DNA of 64,000 nt. Origin: the human T2T-CHM13v2.0 reference genome, Homo sapiens. Shown one piece after another: positions 13,681 through 30,000 of the stretch. The notes below the pieces were generated by a model. It was given only the letters and a program-made list of their open reading frames with translations, ran no database searches and was not told the origin of the DNA. Position 1 is the stretch's first letter. Every line of letters begins with the position of its first letter. The stretch lies in NCBI RefSeq assembly GCF_009914755.1, contig NC_060940.1. The stretch is one strand, 5' to 3'. The translations under genes and the position numbers were made by a program.

Positions 13681-16600
13681 TCATTTGATGATGATTCCTT
13701 TCAAGTTCATTAGATGATTCCATTCGATTCCATTTGATGATGATCCCATTCGAGTCCATTCAGTGATTCCACTCGTTTCCATTCCATGATGATTCCATTC
13801 CATTCCATTCAATGATTCCATTCGATTCCGTTTGATGATGATTTCATTCGAGTCCATTTGATGATTCCATTTGATTCCATTCGATGATGATTACATTCGA
13901 GTCCATACGATGATTCCACTCAATTCCATATGATGATGATTCCATTCGATTCCATTCGATGATTCCATTCTATTCTATTCAATGGTGATTCCATTCGAGT
14001 ACATTAGATGATTCCATTCGATTCCATTCAATGATGATTCTATTTGTGTCCCTTAGATGGTTCCACATGATTCCATTTCATGATGATACTATTTGAGCCC
14101 ATCCAATGATTCCCTTCGATTCCATTCGATGAGGATTCCATTCGATTCAATTCATTGGTGATTCTATTCAATCCAATTCTTTGATTCCATTCCATTCCAT
14201 TCGACAATGATTCCATTCGATTTCTTTCGATGATTCCACTCGATTCCACTTGACATTGATTCCATTCGATTCCATTCAATGATTCCGTTTGATTCCAGTG
14301 GATGATGATTGCCATCGATTCCATTCGATCACTCCATTCTATTCCATTTGATGATGATTACATTCGATTCCATTTGATGATTCCATCTGATTCTATTCGA
14401 GGATTCCATTTGATTCCATTCGATGATGATTCCATTCGAGTGCATTCGATGATTTCATTCGAGTACATCCAATGATTCCATTCGAGTCCATTTGATTTTT
14501 CCATTTAATTACATTTGATTATGATTCTACTAGAGTCCATTCAATGACTCAATTCGAATCCATTCAACAATTCCATTCGAGGCCATTCGATGATTCCATT
14601 TCATGATTCCATTCGACTCCATTTAATCATTACAGTCGAGTCCATTTGGTGATTCCACTGGATTTCTTTTGATAATGATACCATTCAATTACATTTGATG
14701 ATGATCCCATTCAATTTCATTTGATGGTGATTCCATTAGAGTCCATTCGATGATTTCATTCGAGTCCCTTCATTGATTCCATCCGATTTCATTTGATGAT
14801 GACTCCATTCGAGTCCATTCGATGATTCCACTCGATTCCATTAGATGATTCCATTGGAGTCCATTTGATTGTTCCATTCGATTCTATTCGATTCCTTTCG
14901 AAGATTATTCCATTTGAGTCCATTCGATGATGATTCCATTCCATTCCATTCGATGATTCCGTTTGATTCCATTCGATGATTCCCTTCGATTCCTTTCTTT
15001 GATGATTCCATTCCATTCCATTCAATGATTCCATTCGAATCTATTCCATGATGATTCCTTTCGATTCCATTCGCTGATGTTTCCGTTCAATTCCATTCGA
15101 TGATGATTCCATTCGATTCCATTCATTGAGGATTCCATTTGATTCCATTCAATGATGATTCCATTCTATTCCATTCAATGATTCCATTCAATTCCATTCA
15201 ATGATTATCCCCTTAGAGTAAACTCAACGATTCCATTCAATACCATTCGATGATGATTCCTTTTGAGTCCATTCAATGATTTCATTCAAGTCCATTTGAT
15301 GATTCCTTTCAATTCCATTCTATGATGATTCCATTCGAGTCCATTCGATGATTCCATTCGATTGCATTCGATGATTCCATTATATTCCATTCAACGGTGA
15401 TTCCATTCGAGTCCATTCCATGATTCCATTAGAGTACATTTAATGATTGCTTTGTTTTCAATTCGAAGATGATTACATTGGATTCCATTCTATGATACCA
15501 TTCGATTCCATTCAATGATGATTCCACTCAAATCCATTGGATGATTCCATTCGTGTCCATTCGGTGATTTCATTAGATTCCATTCGAGGATGATTCCATT
15601 CGATTCCATTCGATGATTCCATTCAATTCCATTCGATGATGATTCCATTCCAGTCCATATGATCATTCCATTTGATTTCATTCGATGATGATTCCATTCG
15701 ATTCCATTCGATGATTCCATTCTATTCCATTCGATGATGATTCCATTCGAGTCCATTCGATGATTCCATTCGAGTCCATTTAATGATTCCATTGGGTTCA
15801 ATTCAATGATGATTACATTGGATTCCGTTCTATGATTCCATTCAATTCCGTTCATTGACAATTTGATTCCATTCGATGATGATTCCATTTGAGTTCATTC
15901 GATGATTCTATTTGATTCTCTTCGATGGTGATTCAATTCTATTATATTGGATGATTCCATTCGATTCCATTTGATGTTGATTCAATTCGATTCTATTCGA
16001 TGGTGATTCCATTGGATTTCACTTCATGATTCTGTTCGATTCCATTCAATGATGATTCACTTCTCGTCCATTGGATGATTCCATTTCATTCCATTCGATG
16101 ATGATTCCATTCGATTCCATTCGATGATTCCATTTGATTCCATGCGTCGGTGAGCAATTCGATTCAATTCCATGATGATTCTATTTGATTCAATTAGATG
16201 ATGTTTCCATTCGAATCCATTCCATGATTATTCCATTGGAATCCATTCGGCGATGATTCCATATGAGTCAATTCAATGATGATTCCATATGGGTCCGTTC
16301 GATGATAATTCCATTTGATTTCATTCGGTGCTTCTATTCAATTCCAGTCGATGATGATTCCGTTGGAGTCCATACGATGATTCCATTTGATTTCATTTGA
16401 TGATGATTCCATTCGATGATGATTACATTGGATTCCATTCTATGATTCCATTCAATTCCATTCGTTGATGATTCGATTCCATTCAATGATGATTCCATTT
16501 GAGTTCATTCGATGATTCTATTCGATTCCGTTCGATGGTGATTCAATTCTCTTATATTGGATGAATCCACTCGATTCCATTTGATGATTATTCCATTGGA

Positions 16601-19534
16601 GTCCACTTAGTGAATCCTTCAGATTCTACTCGAAGATGATTCCATTCAAGTCCATTCGATGATACCATTCAATTCCATTCGTTGATGCTTCCATTCAAGT
16701 GCATTCGATGATATCATTCGATTCCATTTGATGATAATTCCATGTCATTCCATGCGATGATTCTATTCGATTCCATTCAATGATAATTCCATTCAGTTCA
16801 GTGATTCCTCTGGACTCCATTTGATGATGATTCCATTCAATGATTCCATTCGATTCTATTCGAAAATGATTCCATTTGAATCCATTTGATGAAGATTCCA
16901 TTAGATTCCATTTGATGATTCCATTCGATTCCATGCGACGATGATTCCATTTGATTCCATTTGATGATTCCATTCTATTGTATTCGATGATGATTCCATT
17001 CGATTCCATTCGATGATGATTGGATTTGATTCCATTTGATGATTTCATTTGATTCCATTCGTTAATGATTTCGATCAATTCCATTCGATGATTCCATTCG
17101 ATTCCATTCGATAATGATTACATCCGTGTCCATTCAATGATTTCATTTGAGCCTGTTCGATAATTCCATTTGAGTCCAACCAATGATTCCATTCATTTCC
17201 ATTCAATGATTCCATTCGAGTCCATTTGATCATTCCGGTAGGGTCCATTCGATGTTGATTCCATTGGAGTGCATTCGATGATTCCATTCGAGTCCATTTT
17301 ATGATTTGATTCGAGTCCTTTCGATGATTCCATTCGATTCCACTCGATGATGATTTCATTCGAGTCCATTCGACACTTCCAATCGATTCCATTTGATGTT
17401 TCCATTCGAGTCCAATTGATGATTCCATTCAATTCCATTCGATGATGATTCCGTACGATTCCATTCTGTGATGATTCCATGTGATTGCATTCAATGATGA
17501 TTCCTTTAGATTGCATTCGATTGTGATTCATTTCGTCTTCATTCTATGGTTCCACAGGTTTCCATTCGTGTCCATTCCATTATTCCATTCTATTCCATTT
17601 GATGATGATTCCATTCGATTCCATTCATTGGTGATTCCACTCAATTCCATTCAATGATTCCATTCCATTTCTTTCAACAATGATTCCATTAGTTTCTAAT
17701 CGATGATCCACTTGATTCCATTTGACGACGATTCTATTCTTGTCCATTCGATGATTCCATTTGATTCCATATCATGTTGATTCCATTCGATTCCATACGA
17801 TGATGATTCCATTCGAGTCCATTCCATGGTGATTCCATTCAATTCCATTCGATGATTCCTTTCGATTCCATTCGATGATGATGGCATTCGATTCCTTTCA
17901 ATCATTCCCTTTGATTCCATTCAAAGGTGATTTCATTCAAGTCCATTCGATAATTGCATTCGATTCCATTCTATGATGATTCCATTCGAGTCCATTTGAT
18001 GATTCCATTCAATTCAAGTCAATGATGATTCCATTCGATTCCATTCGATGATTCCATTCAATTCCATTCGATGATGATTCCATTCAAATCCATTCGATAA
18101 TTCAATTCAAGTCCATTCGATGATGATTCCAATCGAATCCATTCAAAGATTCCATTCAGTTCCATTCGATGATTCCCTTAGATTCCATTCGATGATTCCA
18201 CTTGATTCCATTTACGATGATTCCATTCGATTCCATGTGATGATTCCATTCAATTCTATTCAATGCTGTTTCCATTTGATTCCATTCGACCATGATTGCC
18301 TTTGATTCCATTCAATGACTCCATTCGGTTCCTTTTGATGATGATTCCGTTTGATTCCATTTCATTATTCCATTTGATTCCATTGGATGAGTCCATTCGA
18401 TTACATTCGATTATTATTCCATTCGAGTGCATTAGATGATTCCATTCGAGTCCATTCGATGATTCCATTCGATTCCATTCGATGTTGATTCTGTTCAAAT
18501 CCATTCGATGATTCCACTCGATTCCATTCGATGACTCCAGTTGATCCCATTCGATGATTTCCTTTGATTCCCTTTGATGATCATTCCATTTGATTCAATT
18601 CGGTGATTTCATTTGATTCCATTCAGTGATGTTTCCATTCGACTCCATTCGATGATGATTCCATTCGACTCCATTCGATTATGATTTCATTCAATTCCAT
18701 TCGATAATGATTCCCTTTGAGTCCATTCGATGATTCCATTCGATTCCATTCAACAATGATTTGATTCGTGTCCATTCGATGATTCCATTTGATTCCACTT
18801 GATGATGATTCCATTCGAGTCCATTTGATGATTCCATTCAATTCCATTCTCCGATGATTTCTTTTGAGCCCATTCAATGCTTCCACTCGATTCCATATGA
18901 TGATGACTCCATTCGATGAAATTCGATGATTCCATTCGCTTGCATTCGATGATGATTCCACTTGAGTCCATTAGAAGATTCTATTCATTGTTATTCGATG
19001 ATTCCATTCGATCTCATTCGATGATGATTCCATTCAACTCCATTCGATGTTTCCATTCTAGTTCATTCTATTATTCCATTAGATTCCATTCGATGATGAT
19101 TCCATTCGATTCCATTTGATGATTGCATTCTATTTCATTTGATGATGATTCCATTCGAGTCCACTCGATGATTCCATTCGAGTCCATTTAATGAATCCAT
19201 TGGTTTCAATTCTATGATGATTACATTGGATTCCATTCGTTGATGATTTCATTCGGTTCCATTCAATGATGATTCCATTCAATTCCTTTCAATGTTTCCA
19301 TTCAATTCCATACGATGATGATTCCATTTGATTTGATTCGACAGTGAGCCATTCGATTCAATTCCATGATGATTCTATTTGATTCCATTGGTTGACATTT
19401 CCATTCGAATCCATTCGATGATGATTCCCTTTGATTCCATTCAAAGATGATTCCATTCTAGCCCATTCAATCATTCCATTCGATTCTATTCAATGATGAT
19501 TCCATTCATGTCGATTTGGTGATTCCATTTGACT
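13681..19534 (+). repeat. Variant unit, 5,854 bp (6,112 minus 170, 10, 3 and 75 bp)
   Basis: Landmarks are shifted by -170 after ~13890 and by -180 after ~14600. A 75-bp net deletion lies at ~18988 (CTATTCATTGTTATTCG). Confidence 0.88.
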
Positions 19535-21547
19535 TCATTTGATGATGATTCCTTTCAAGTTCATTAGATGATTCCATTCGATTCCATTTGATGATGATCC
19601 CATTCGAGTCCATTCAGTGATTCCACTCGTTTCCATTCTATGATGATTCCATTCCATTCCATTCAATGATTCCATTCGATTCCGTTTGATGATGATTTCA
19701 TTCGAGTCCATTTGATGATTCCATTTGATTCCATTCGATGATGATTCCATTCGAGTCCATTCGATGATTCTATTCGAATCCATTTGATGATTTCTTTTGA
19801 TTATAGTTGGTGATGATTCCATTGGAGTCCATTCAATGATTCCATTCGATTCCAATCGATGGTGATTCCATTAGAGTCCATTTAATGATTCCATTTGATT
19901 CCAGTCTCTAATGATTACATTCGAGTCCATACAATGATTCCACTCAATTCCATATGATGATGATTCCATTCGATTCCATTCGATGATTCCATTCTATTCT
20001 ATTCAATGGTGATTCCATTCAAATCCATTCGATAATTCAATTCAAGTCCATTCGATGATGATTAAAATCGAATCCATTCAAAGATTCCATTCAGTTCCAT
20101 TCGATGATTCCCTTAGATTCCATTCGATGATTCCACTTGATTCCATTTACGATGATTCCATTCGATTCCATGTGATGATTCCATTCAATTCTATTCAATG
20201 CTGTTTCCATTTGATTCCATTCGACCATGATTGCCTTTGATTCCATTCAATGACTCCATTCGGTTCCTTTTGATGATGATTCCGTTCGATTCCATTTGAT
20301 GATTCCATTTGATTCCATTGGATGAGTCCATTCGATTACATTCGATGATTATTCCATTCGAGTGCATTAGATGATTGCATTCGAGTCCATTCGATGATTC
20401 CATTCGATTCCATTCGATGTTGATTCTGTTCAAATCCATTCGATGATTCCACTCGATTCCATTCGATGACTCCAGTTGATCCCATTCGATGATTTCCTTT
20501 GATTCCCTTTGATGATCATTCCATTTGATTCAATTCGGTGATTTCATTTGATTCCATTCAGTGATGATTCCATTCGACTCCATTCTATGATGATTCCATT
20601 CGACTCCATTCGATTATGATTTCATTCAATTCCATTCGATAATGATTCCCTTCGAGTCCATTCGATGATTCCATTCGATTCCATTCAACGATGATTTGAT
20701 TCGTGTCCATTCGATGATTCCATTTGATTCCACTTGATGATGATTCCATTCGAGTCCATTTGATGATTCCATTCAATTCCATTCTCCGATGATTTCTTTT
20801 GAGCCCATTCAATGCTTCCACTCGATTCCATATGATGATGACTCCATTCGATGAAATTCGATGATGATTCCATTCGCTTGCATTCGATGATGATTCCACT
20901 TGAGTCCATTAGAAGATTCTATTCAATTACATTCCATGACGATTCCGTTCGAGTCCATTTGATGATTCCATTAGACTCCATTCGACGATGATTCCATTCG
21001 ATGTTATTCGATGATTCCATTCGATCTCATTCGATGATGATTCCATTCAACTCCATTCGATGTTTCCATTCGAGTTCATTCTATTATTCCATTAGATTCC
21101 ATTCGATGATGATTCCATTCGATTCCATTTGATGATTGCATTCTATTTCATTTGATGATGATTCCATTCGAGTCCACTCGATGATTCCATTCGAGTCCAT
21201 TTAATGAATCCATTGGTTTCAATTCTATGATGATTACATTGGATTACATTCGTTGATGACTTCATTCGGTTCCATTCAATGATGATTCCATTCAATTCCT
21301 TTCAATGTTTCCATTCAATTCCATACGATGATGATTCCATTTGATTTGATTCGACAGTGAGCCATTCGATTCAATTCCATGATGATTCTATTTGATTCAA
21401 TTGGTTGACATTTCCATTCGATTCCATTCGATGATGATTCCCTTTGATTCCATTCAAAGATGATTCCATTCTAGCCCATTCAATCATTCCATTCGATTCT
21501 ATTCAATGATGATTCCATTCATGTCGATTTGGTGATTCCATTTGACT
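19535..21547 (+). repeat. Deleted unit, 2,013 bp (4,099-bp internal deletion)
   Basis: Junction AATGGTGATTCCATTC|AAATCCATTCGATAATTC at ~20020. The downstream landmark is at +656 instead of +4755. Confidence 0.92.
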
Positions 21548-24500
21548 TCATTTGATGATGATTCCTTTCAAGTTCATTAGATGATTCCATTCGATTCCAT
21601 TTGATGATGATCCCATTCGAGTCCATTCAGTGATTCCACTCGTTTCCATTCCATGATGATTCCATTCCATTCCATTCAATGATTCCATTCGATTCCGTTT
21701 GATGATGATTTCATTCGAGTCCATTTGATGATTCCATTTGATTCCATTCGATGATGATTCCATTCGAGTCCATTCGATGATTCTATTCGAATCCATTTGA
21801 TGATTTCTTTTGATTATAGTTGGTGATGATTCCATTGGAGTCCATTCAATGATTCCATTCGATTCCAATCGATGGTGATTCCATTAGAGTCCATTTAACG
21901 ATTCCATTTGATTCCAGTCTCTGATGATTACATTCGAGTCCATACGATGATTCCACTCAATTCCATATGATGATGATTCCATTCTATTCCATTCGATGAT
22001 TCCATTCTATTCTATTCAATGGTGATTCCATTCGAGTACATTAGATGATTCCATTCGATTCCATTCAATGATGATTCTGTTTGTGTCCCTTAGATGATTC
22101 CACATGATTCCATTAGATGATGATACTATTTGAGCCCATCCAATGATTCCCTTCGATTCCATTCGATGAGGATTCCATTCGATTCAATTCATTGGTGATT
22201 CTATTCAATTCAATTCTTTGATTCCATTCCATTCCATTCGACAATGATTCCATTCGATTTCTTTCGATGATTCCACTCGATTCCACTTGACATTGATTCC
22301 CTTCGATTCCATTCAATGATTCCATTTGATTCCAGTGGATGATGATTGCCATCGATTCCATTCGATCACTCCATTCTATTCCATTTGATGATGATTACAT
22401 TCAATTCCATTTGACGATTCCATCTGATTCTATTCGAGGATTCCATTTGATTCCATTCGATGATGATTCCATTCGAGTCCATTCGATGATTTCATTCGAG
22501 TACATCCAATGATTCCATTCGAGTCCATTTGATGATTCCATTTGATTCCATTTGATAATGATTCTACTAGAGTCCATTCAATGACTCCATTCGAGTCCAT
22601 TCAACAATTCCATTCGACTCCATTTGATGATTCCATTCGATTCCATTTGATGATTCCATTCGAGTCCATTTAATCATTACAGTCGAGTCCATTTGGTGAT
22701 TCCACCGGATTTCTTTTGATAATGATACCATTCAATTACATTTGATGATGATCCCATTCAATTTCATTTGATGGTGATTCCATTAGAGTCCATTCGATGA
22801 TTTCATTCGAGTCCCTTCATTGATTCCATCCGATTTCATTGGATGATGACTCCATTCGAGTCCATTCGATGATTCCACTCGATTCCATTAGATGATTCCA
22901 TTGGAGTCCATTTGATTGTTCCATTCGATTCCATTCGATTCCTTTCGAAGATTATTCCATTTGAGTCCATTCGATGATGATTCCATTCCATTCCATTCGA
23001 TGATTCCGTTTGATTCCATTCGATGATTCCCTTCGATTCCTTTCTTTGATGATTCCATTCCATTCCATTCAATGATTCCATTCGAATCTATTCCATGATG
23101 ATTCCTTTCGATTCCATTCGCTGATGTTTCCGTTCAATTCCATTCGATGATGATTCCATTCGATTCCATTCATTGAGGATTCCATTTGATTCCATTAAAT
23201 GATGATTCCGTTCTATTCCATTCAATGATTGCATTCAATTCCATTCAATGATTATCCCCTTAGAGTAAACTCAACGATTCCATTCAATACCATTCGATGA
23301 TGATTCCTTTTGAGTCCATTCAATGATTTCATTCAAGTCCATTTGATGATTCCTTTCAATTCCATTCTATGATGATTCCATTCGAGTCCATTCGATGATT
23401 CCATTCGATTGCATTCGATGATTCCATTGTATTCCATTCAATGATGATTCCATTCGAGTCCATTCGATGTTTCCACTAGAGTACATATATTGGTTGCTTT
23501 GTTTTCAATTCGAAGATGATTACATTGGATTCCATTCTATGATACCATTCGATTCCATTCAATGATGATTCCACTAAAATCCATTGGATGATTCCATTCG
23601 TGTCCATTCGGTGATTTCATTAGATTCCATTCGAGGATGATTCCATTCGATTCCATTCGATGATTCCATTCAATTCCATTCGATGATGATTCCATTCCAG
23701 TCCATATGATCATTCCATTTGATTTCATTCGATGATGATTCCATTCGATTCCATTCGATGATTCCATTCTATTCCATTCGATGATGATTCTATTCGAGTC
23801 CATTCGATGATTCCATTCGAGTCCATTTAATGATTCCATTGGGTTCAATTCAATGATGATTACATTGGATTCCGTTCTATGATTCCATTCAGTTCCGTTC
23901 ATTGACAATTTGATTCCATTCGATGATGATTCCATTTGAGTTCATTCGATGATTCTATTCGATTCTCTTCGATGGTGATTCAATTCTATTATATTGGATG
24001 ATTCCATTCGATTCCATTTGATGTTGATTCAATTCGATTCTATTCGATGATGATTCCATTGGATTTCACTTGATGATTCTATTCGATTCCATTCAATGAT
24101 GATTCACTTCTCGTCCATTGGATGATTCCATTTCATTCCATTCGATGATGATTCCATTCGATTCCATTCGATGATTCCATTTGATTCCATGCGACGGTGA
24201 GCAATTCGATTCAATTCCATGATGATTCTATTTGATTCAATTAGATGATGTTTCCATTCGAATCCATTCCATGATTATTCCATTGGAATCCATTTGGCGA
24301 TGATTCCATATGAGTCAATTCCATGATGATTCCATATGGGTCCGTTCGATGATAATTCCATTTGATTTCATTCGATGCTTCTATTCTATTCCAGTCGTTG
24401 ATGATTCCGTTGGAGTCCATACGATGATTCCATTTGATTTCATTTGATGATGATTCCATTCGATGATGATTACATTGGATTCCATTCTATGATTCCATTC

Positions 24501-27089
24501 AATTCCATTCGTTGATGATTCGATTCCATTCAATGATGATTCCATTTGAGTTCATTCGATGATTCTATTCGATTCCGTTCGATGGTGATTCAATTCTCTT
24601 ATATTGGATGATTCCACTCGATTCCATTTGATGATTATTCCATTGGAGTCCACTTAGTGAATCCTTTAGATTCTACTCGAAGATGATTCCATTCGAGTCC
24701 ATTCAATGATACCATTCAATTTCATTCGTTGATGCTTCCATTCAAGTGCATTCGATGATATCATTCGATTCCATTTGATGATAATTCCATTTGATTCCAT
24801 GCGATGATTCTATTCGATTCCATTCAATGATAATTCCATTCAATTCAGTGATTCCTCTGGACTCCATTTGATGATGATTCCATTCAATGATTCCATTCGA
24901 TTCTATTCCAAAATGATTCCATTTGAATCCATTTGATGATGATTCCATTAGATTCCATTTGATGATTCCATTCGATTCCATTTGACGATGATTCCATTCG
25001 ATTCCATTTGATGATTCCATTCTATTCTATTCGATGATGATTCCATTCCATTCCATTTGATGATGATTGGATTCGATTCCATTTGATGATTTCATTTGAT
25101 TCCATTCGTTAATGATTTCGATCAACTCCATTCGATGATTCCATTTGATTCCATTCTATAATGATTACATCCGAGTCCATTCGATGATTCCATTTGAGCC
25201 CGTTCGATAATTCCATTTGAGTCCAATCAATGATTCCATTCATTTCCATTCAATGATTCCATTCGAGTCCATTTGATCATTCTGGTAGGGTCCGTTCGAT
25301 GTTGATTCCATTGGAGTGCATTCGATGATTCCATTCGAGTCCATTTTAGGATTTGATTCGAGTCCTTTCGATGATTCCATTCGATTCCACTCGATGATGA
25401 TTTCATTCGAGTCCATTCGACACTTCCAATCGATTCCATTTGATGTTTCCATTCGAGTCCAATTGATGATTCCATTCAATTCCATTCGATGATGATTCCG
25501 TACGATTCCATTCTGTGATGATTCCATGTGATTGCATTCAATGATGATTCCTTTAGATTGCATTCGATTGTGATTCATTTCGTCTTCATTCTATGGTTCC
25601 ACAGGTTTCCATTCGTGTCCATTCCATTATTCCATTCTATTCCATTTGGTGATGATTCCATTCGATTCCATTCATTGGTGATTCCACTCAATTCCATTCA
25701 ATGATTCCATTCCATTTCTTTCAACAATGATTCCATTAGTTTCTAATCGATGATCCACTTGATTCCATTTGACGACGATTCCATTCTTGTCCATTCGATG
25801 ATTCCATTTGATTCCATATGATGATGATTCCATTCGATTCCATACCATGATGATTCCATTCGAGTCCATTCAATGGTGATTCCATTCAATTCCATTCGAT
25901 GATTCCTTTCGATTCCATTCGATGATGATGGCATTCGATTCCTTTCAATCATTCCCTTTGATTCCATTCAAAGGTGATTTCATTCAAGTCCATTCGATAA
26001 TTGCATTCGATTCCATTCTATGATGATTCCATTCGAGTCCATTTCATGATTCCATTCAATTCAAGTCAATGATGATTCCATTCGATTCCATTCGATGATT
26101 CCATTGGATTCCATTCGATGATGATTCCATTCAAATCCATTCGATAATTCAATTCAAGTCCATTCGATGATGATTAAAATCGAATCCATTCAAAGATTCC
26201 ATTCAGTTCCATTCGATGATTCCCTTAGATTCCATTCGATGATTCCACTTGATTGCATTTACGATGATTCCATTCGATTCCATGTGATGATTCCATTCAA
26301 TTCTATTCAATGCTGTTTCCATTTGATTCCATTCGACCATGATTGCCTTTGATTCCATTCAATGACTCCATTCGGTTCCTTTTGATGATGATTCCGTTCG
26401 ATTCCATTTGATGATTCCATTTGATTCCATTGGATGAGTCCATTCGATTACATTCGATGATTATTCCATTCGAGTGCATTAGATGATTCCATTCGAGTCC
26501 ATTCGATGATTCCATTCGATTCCATTCGATGTTGATTCTGTTCAAATCCATTCGATGATTCCACTCGATTCCATTCGATGACTCCAGTTGATCCCATTCG
26601 ATGATTTCCTTTGATTCCCTTTGATGATCATTCCATTTGATTCAATTCGGTGATTTCATTTGATTCCATTCAGTGATGTTTCCATTCGACTCCATTCGAT
26701 GATGATTCCATTCGACTCCATTCGATTATGATTTCATTCAATTCCATTCGATAATGATTCCCTTCGAGTCCATTCGATGATTCCATTCGATTCCATTCAA
26801 CGATGATTTGATTCGTGTCCATTCGATGATTCCATTTGATTCCACTTGATGATGATTCCATTCGAGTCCATTTGATGATTCCATTGAATTCCATTCTCCG
26901 ATGATTTCTTTTGAGCCCATTCAATGCTTCCACTCGATTCCATATGATGATGACTCCATTCGATGAAATTCGATGATGATTCCCTTTGATTCCATTCAAA
27001 GATGATTCCATTCTAGCCCATTCAATCATTCCATTCGATTCTATTCAATGATGATTCCATTCATGTCGATTTGGTGATTCCATTTGACT
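21548..27089 (+). repeat. Variant unit, 5,542 bp (570-bp deletion near the 3' end)
   Basis: All landmarks are canonical to +5122. Junction GAAATTCGATGATGATTCC|CTTTGATTCC at 26968-26983. The next unit starts at 27090. Confidence 0.92.
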
Positions 27090-30000
27090 TCATTTGATGA
27101 TGATTCCTTTCAAGTTCATTAGATGATTCCATTCGATTCCATTTGATGATGATCCCATTGGAGTCCATTCAGTGATTCCACTCGTTTCCATTCCATGATG
27201 ATTCCATTCCATTCCATTCAATGATTACATTCGATTCCGTTTGATGATGATTTCATTCGAGTCCATTTGATGATTCCATTTGATTCCATTCGATGATGAT
27301 TCCATTCGATTCCATTCGATGATTCTATTCGAATCCATTTGATGATTTCTTTTGATTATAGTTGGTGATGATTCCATTGGAGTCCATTCAATGATTCCAT
27401 TCGATTCCAATCGATGGTGATTCCATTAGAGTCCATTTAATGATTCCATTTGATTCCAGTCTCTGATGATTACATTCGAGTCCATACGATGATTCCACTC
27501 AATTCCATATGATGATGATTCCATTCGATTCCATTCGATGATTCCATTCTATTCTATTCAATGGTGATTCCATTCGAGTACATTAGATGATTCCATTCGA
27601 TTCCATTCAATGATGATTCTATTTGTGTCCCTTAGATGATTCCACATGATTCCATTATATGATGATACTATTTCAGCCCATCCAATTATTCCCTTCGATT
27701 CCATTCGATGAGGATTCCATTCGATTCAATTCATTGGTGATTCTATTCAATTCAATTCTTTGATTCCATTCCATTCCATTCGACAATGATTCCATTCGAT
27801 TTCTTTCGATGATTCCACTCGATTCCACTTGACATTGATTCCCTTCGATTCCATTCAATGATTCCATTTGATTCCAGTGGATGATGATTGCCATCGATTC
27901 CATTCGATCACTCCATTCTATTCCATTTGATGATGATTACATTCGATTCCATTTGACGATTCCATCTGATTCTATTCGAGGATTCCATTTGATTCCATTC
28001 GATGATGATTCCATTCGAGTCCATTCGATGATTTCATTCGAGTACATCCAATGATTCCATTCGAGTCCATTTGATGATTCCGTTTGATTCCATTTGATAA
28101 TGATTCTACTAGAGTCCATTCAATGACTCCATTCGAGTCCATTCAACAATTCCATTCGACTCCATTTGATGATTCCATTCGATTCCATTTGATGATTCCA
28201 TTCGAGTCCATTTAATCATTACAGTCGAGTCCATTTGGTGATTCCACCGGATTTCTTTTGATAATGATACCATTCAATTACATTTGATGATGATCCCATT
28301 CAATTTCATTTGATGATGATTCCATTAGAGTCCATTCGATGATTTCATTCGAGTCCCTTCATTGATTCCATCCGATTTCATTGGATGATGACTCCATTCG
28401 AGTCCATTCGATGATTCCACTCGATTCCATTAGATGATTCCATTGGAGTCCATTTGATTGTTCCATTCGATTCCATTCGATTCCTTTCGAAGATTATTCC
28501 ATTTGAGACCATTCGATGATGATTCCATTCCATTCCATTCGATGATTCCGTTTGATTCCATTCGATGATTCCCTTCGATTCCTTTCTTTGATGATTCCAT
28601 TCCATTCCATTCAATGATTCCATTCGAATCTATTCCATGATGATTCCTTTCGATTCCATTCGCTGATGTTTCCGTTCAATTCCATTCGATGATGATTCCA
28701 TTCGATTCCATTCATTGAGGATTCCATTTGATTCCATTCAATGATGATTCCGTTCTATTCCATTCAATGATTGCATTCAATTCCATTCAATGATTATCCC
28801 CTTAGAGTAAACTCAACGATTCCATTCAATACCATTCGATGATGATTCCTTTTGAGTCCATTCAATGATTTCATTCAAGTCCATTTGATGATTCCTTTCA
28901 ATTCCATTCTATGATGATTCCATTCGAGTCCATTCGATGATTCCATTAGATTGCATTCGATTATTCCATTATATTCCAGTCAACGATGATTCCATTCGAG
29001 TCCATTCGATGATTCCATTAGAGTACATTTAATGATTGCTTTGTTTTCAATTCGAAGATGATTACATTGGATTCCATTCTATGATACCATTCGATTCCAT
29101 TCAATGATGATTCCACTCAAATCCATTGGATGATTCCATTCGTGTCCATTCGGTGATTTCATTAGATTCCATTCGAGGATGATTCCATTCGATTCCATTC
29201 GATGATTCCATTCAATTCCATTCGATGATGATTCCATTCCAGTCCATATGATCATTCCATTTGATTTCATTCGATGATGATTCCATTCGATTCCATTCGA
29301 TGATTCCATTCTATTCCATTCGATGATGATTCTATTCGAGTCCATTCGATGATTCCATTCGAGTCCATTTAATGATTCCATTGGGTTCAATTCAATGATG
29401 ATTACATTGGATTCCGTTCTATGATTCCATTCAATTCCGTTCATTGACAATTTGATTCCATTCGATGATGATTCCATTTGAGTTCATTCGATGATTCTAT
29501 TCGATTCTCTTCGATGGTGATTCAATTCTATTATATTGGATGATTCCATTCGATTCCATTTGATGTTGATTCAATTCGATTCTATTCGATGATGATTCCA
29601 TTGGATTTCACTTGATGATTCTATTCGATTCCATTCAATGATGATTCACTTCTCGTCCATTGGATGATTCCATTTCATTCCATTCGATGATGATTCCATT
29701 CGATTGCATTCGATGATTCCATTTGATTCCATGCGACGGTGAGCAATTCGATTCAATTCCATGATGATTCTATTTGATTCAATTAGATGATGTTTCCATT
29801 CGAATCCATTCCATGATTATTCCATTGGAATCTATTTGGCGATGATTCCATATGAGTCAATTCAATGATGATTCCATATGGGTCCGTTCGATGATAATTC
29901 CATTTGATTTCATTCGATGCTTCTATTCTATTCCAGTCGATGATGATTCCGTTGGAGTCCATACGATGATTCCATTTGATTTCATTTGATGATGATTCCA

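Noticed and set aside
18120-26352. Four short plus-strand ORFs (MMIP/MMIK/MKFDD...)
   Set aside because: Chance stop-free runs in the satellite; they are not maintained in the homologous positions of most other units.
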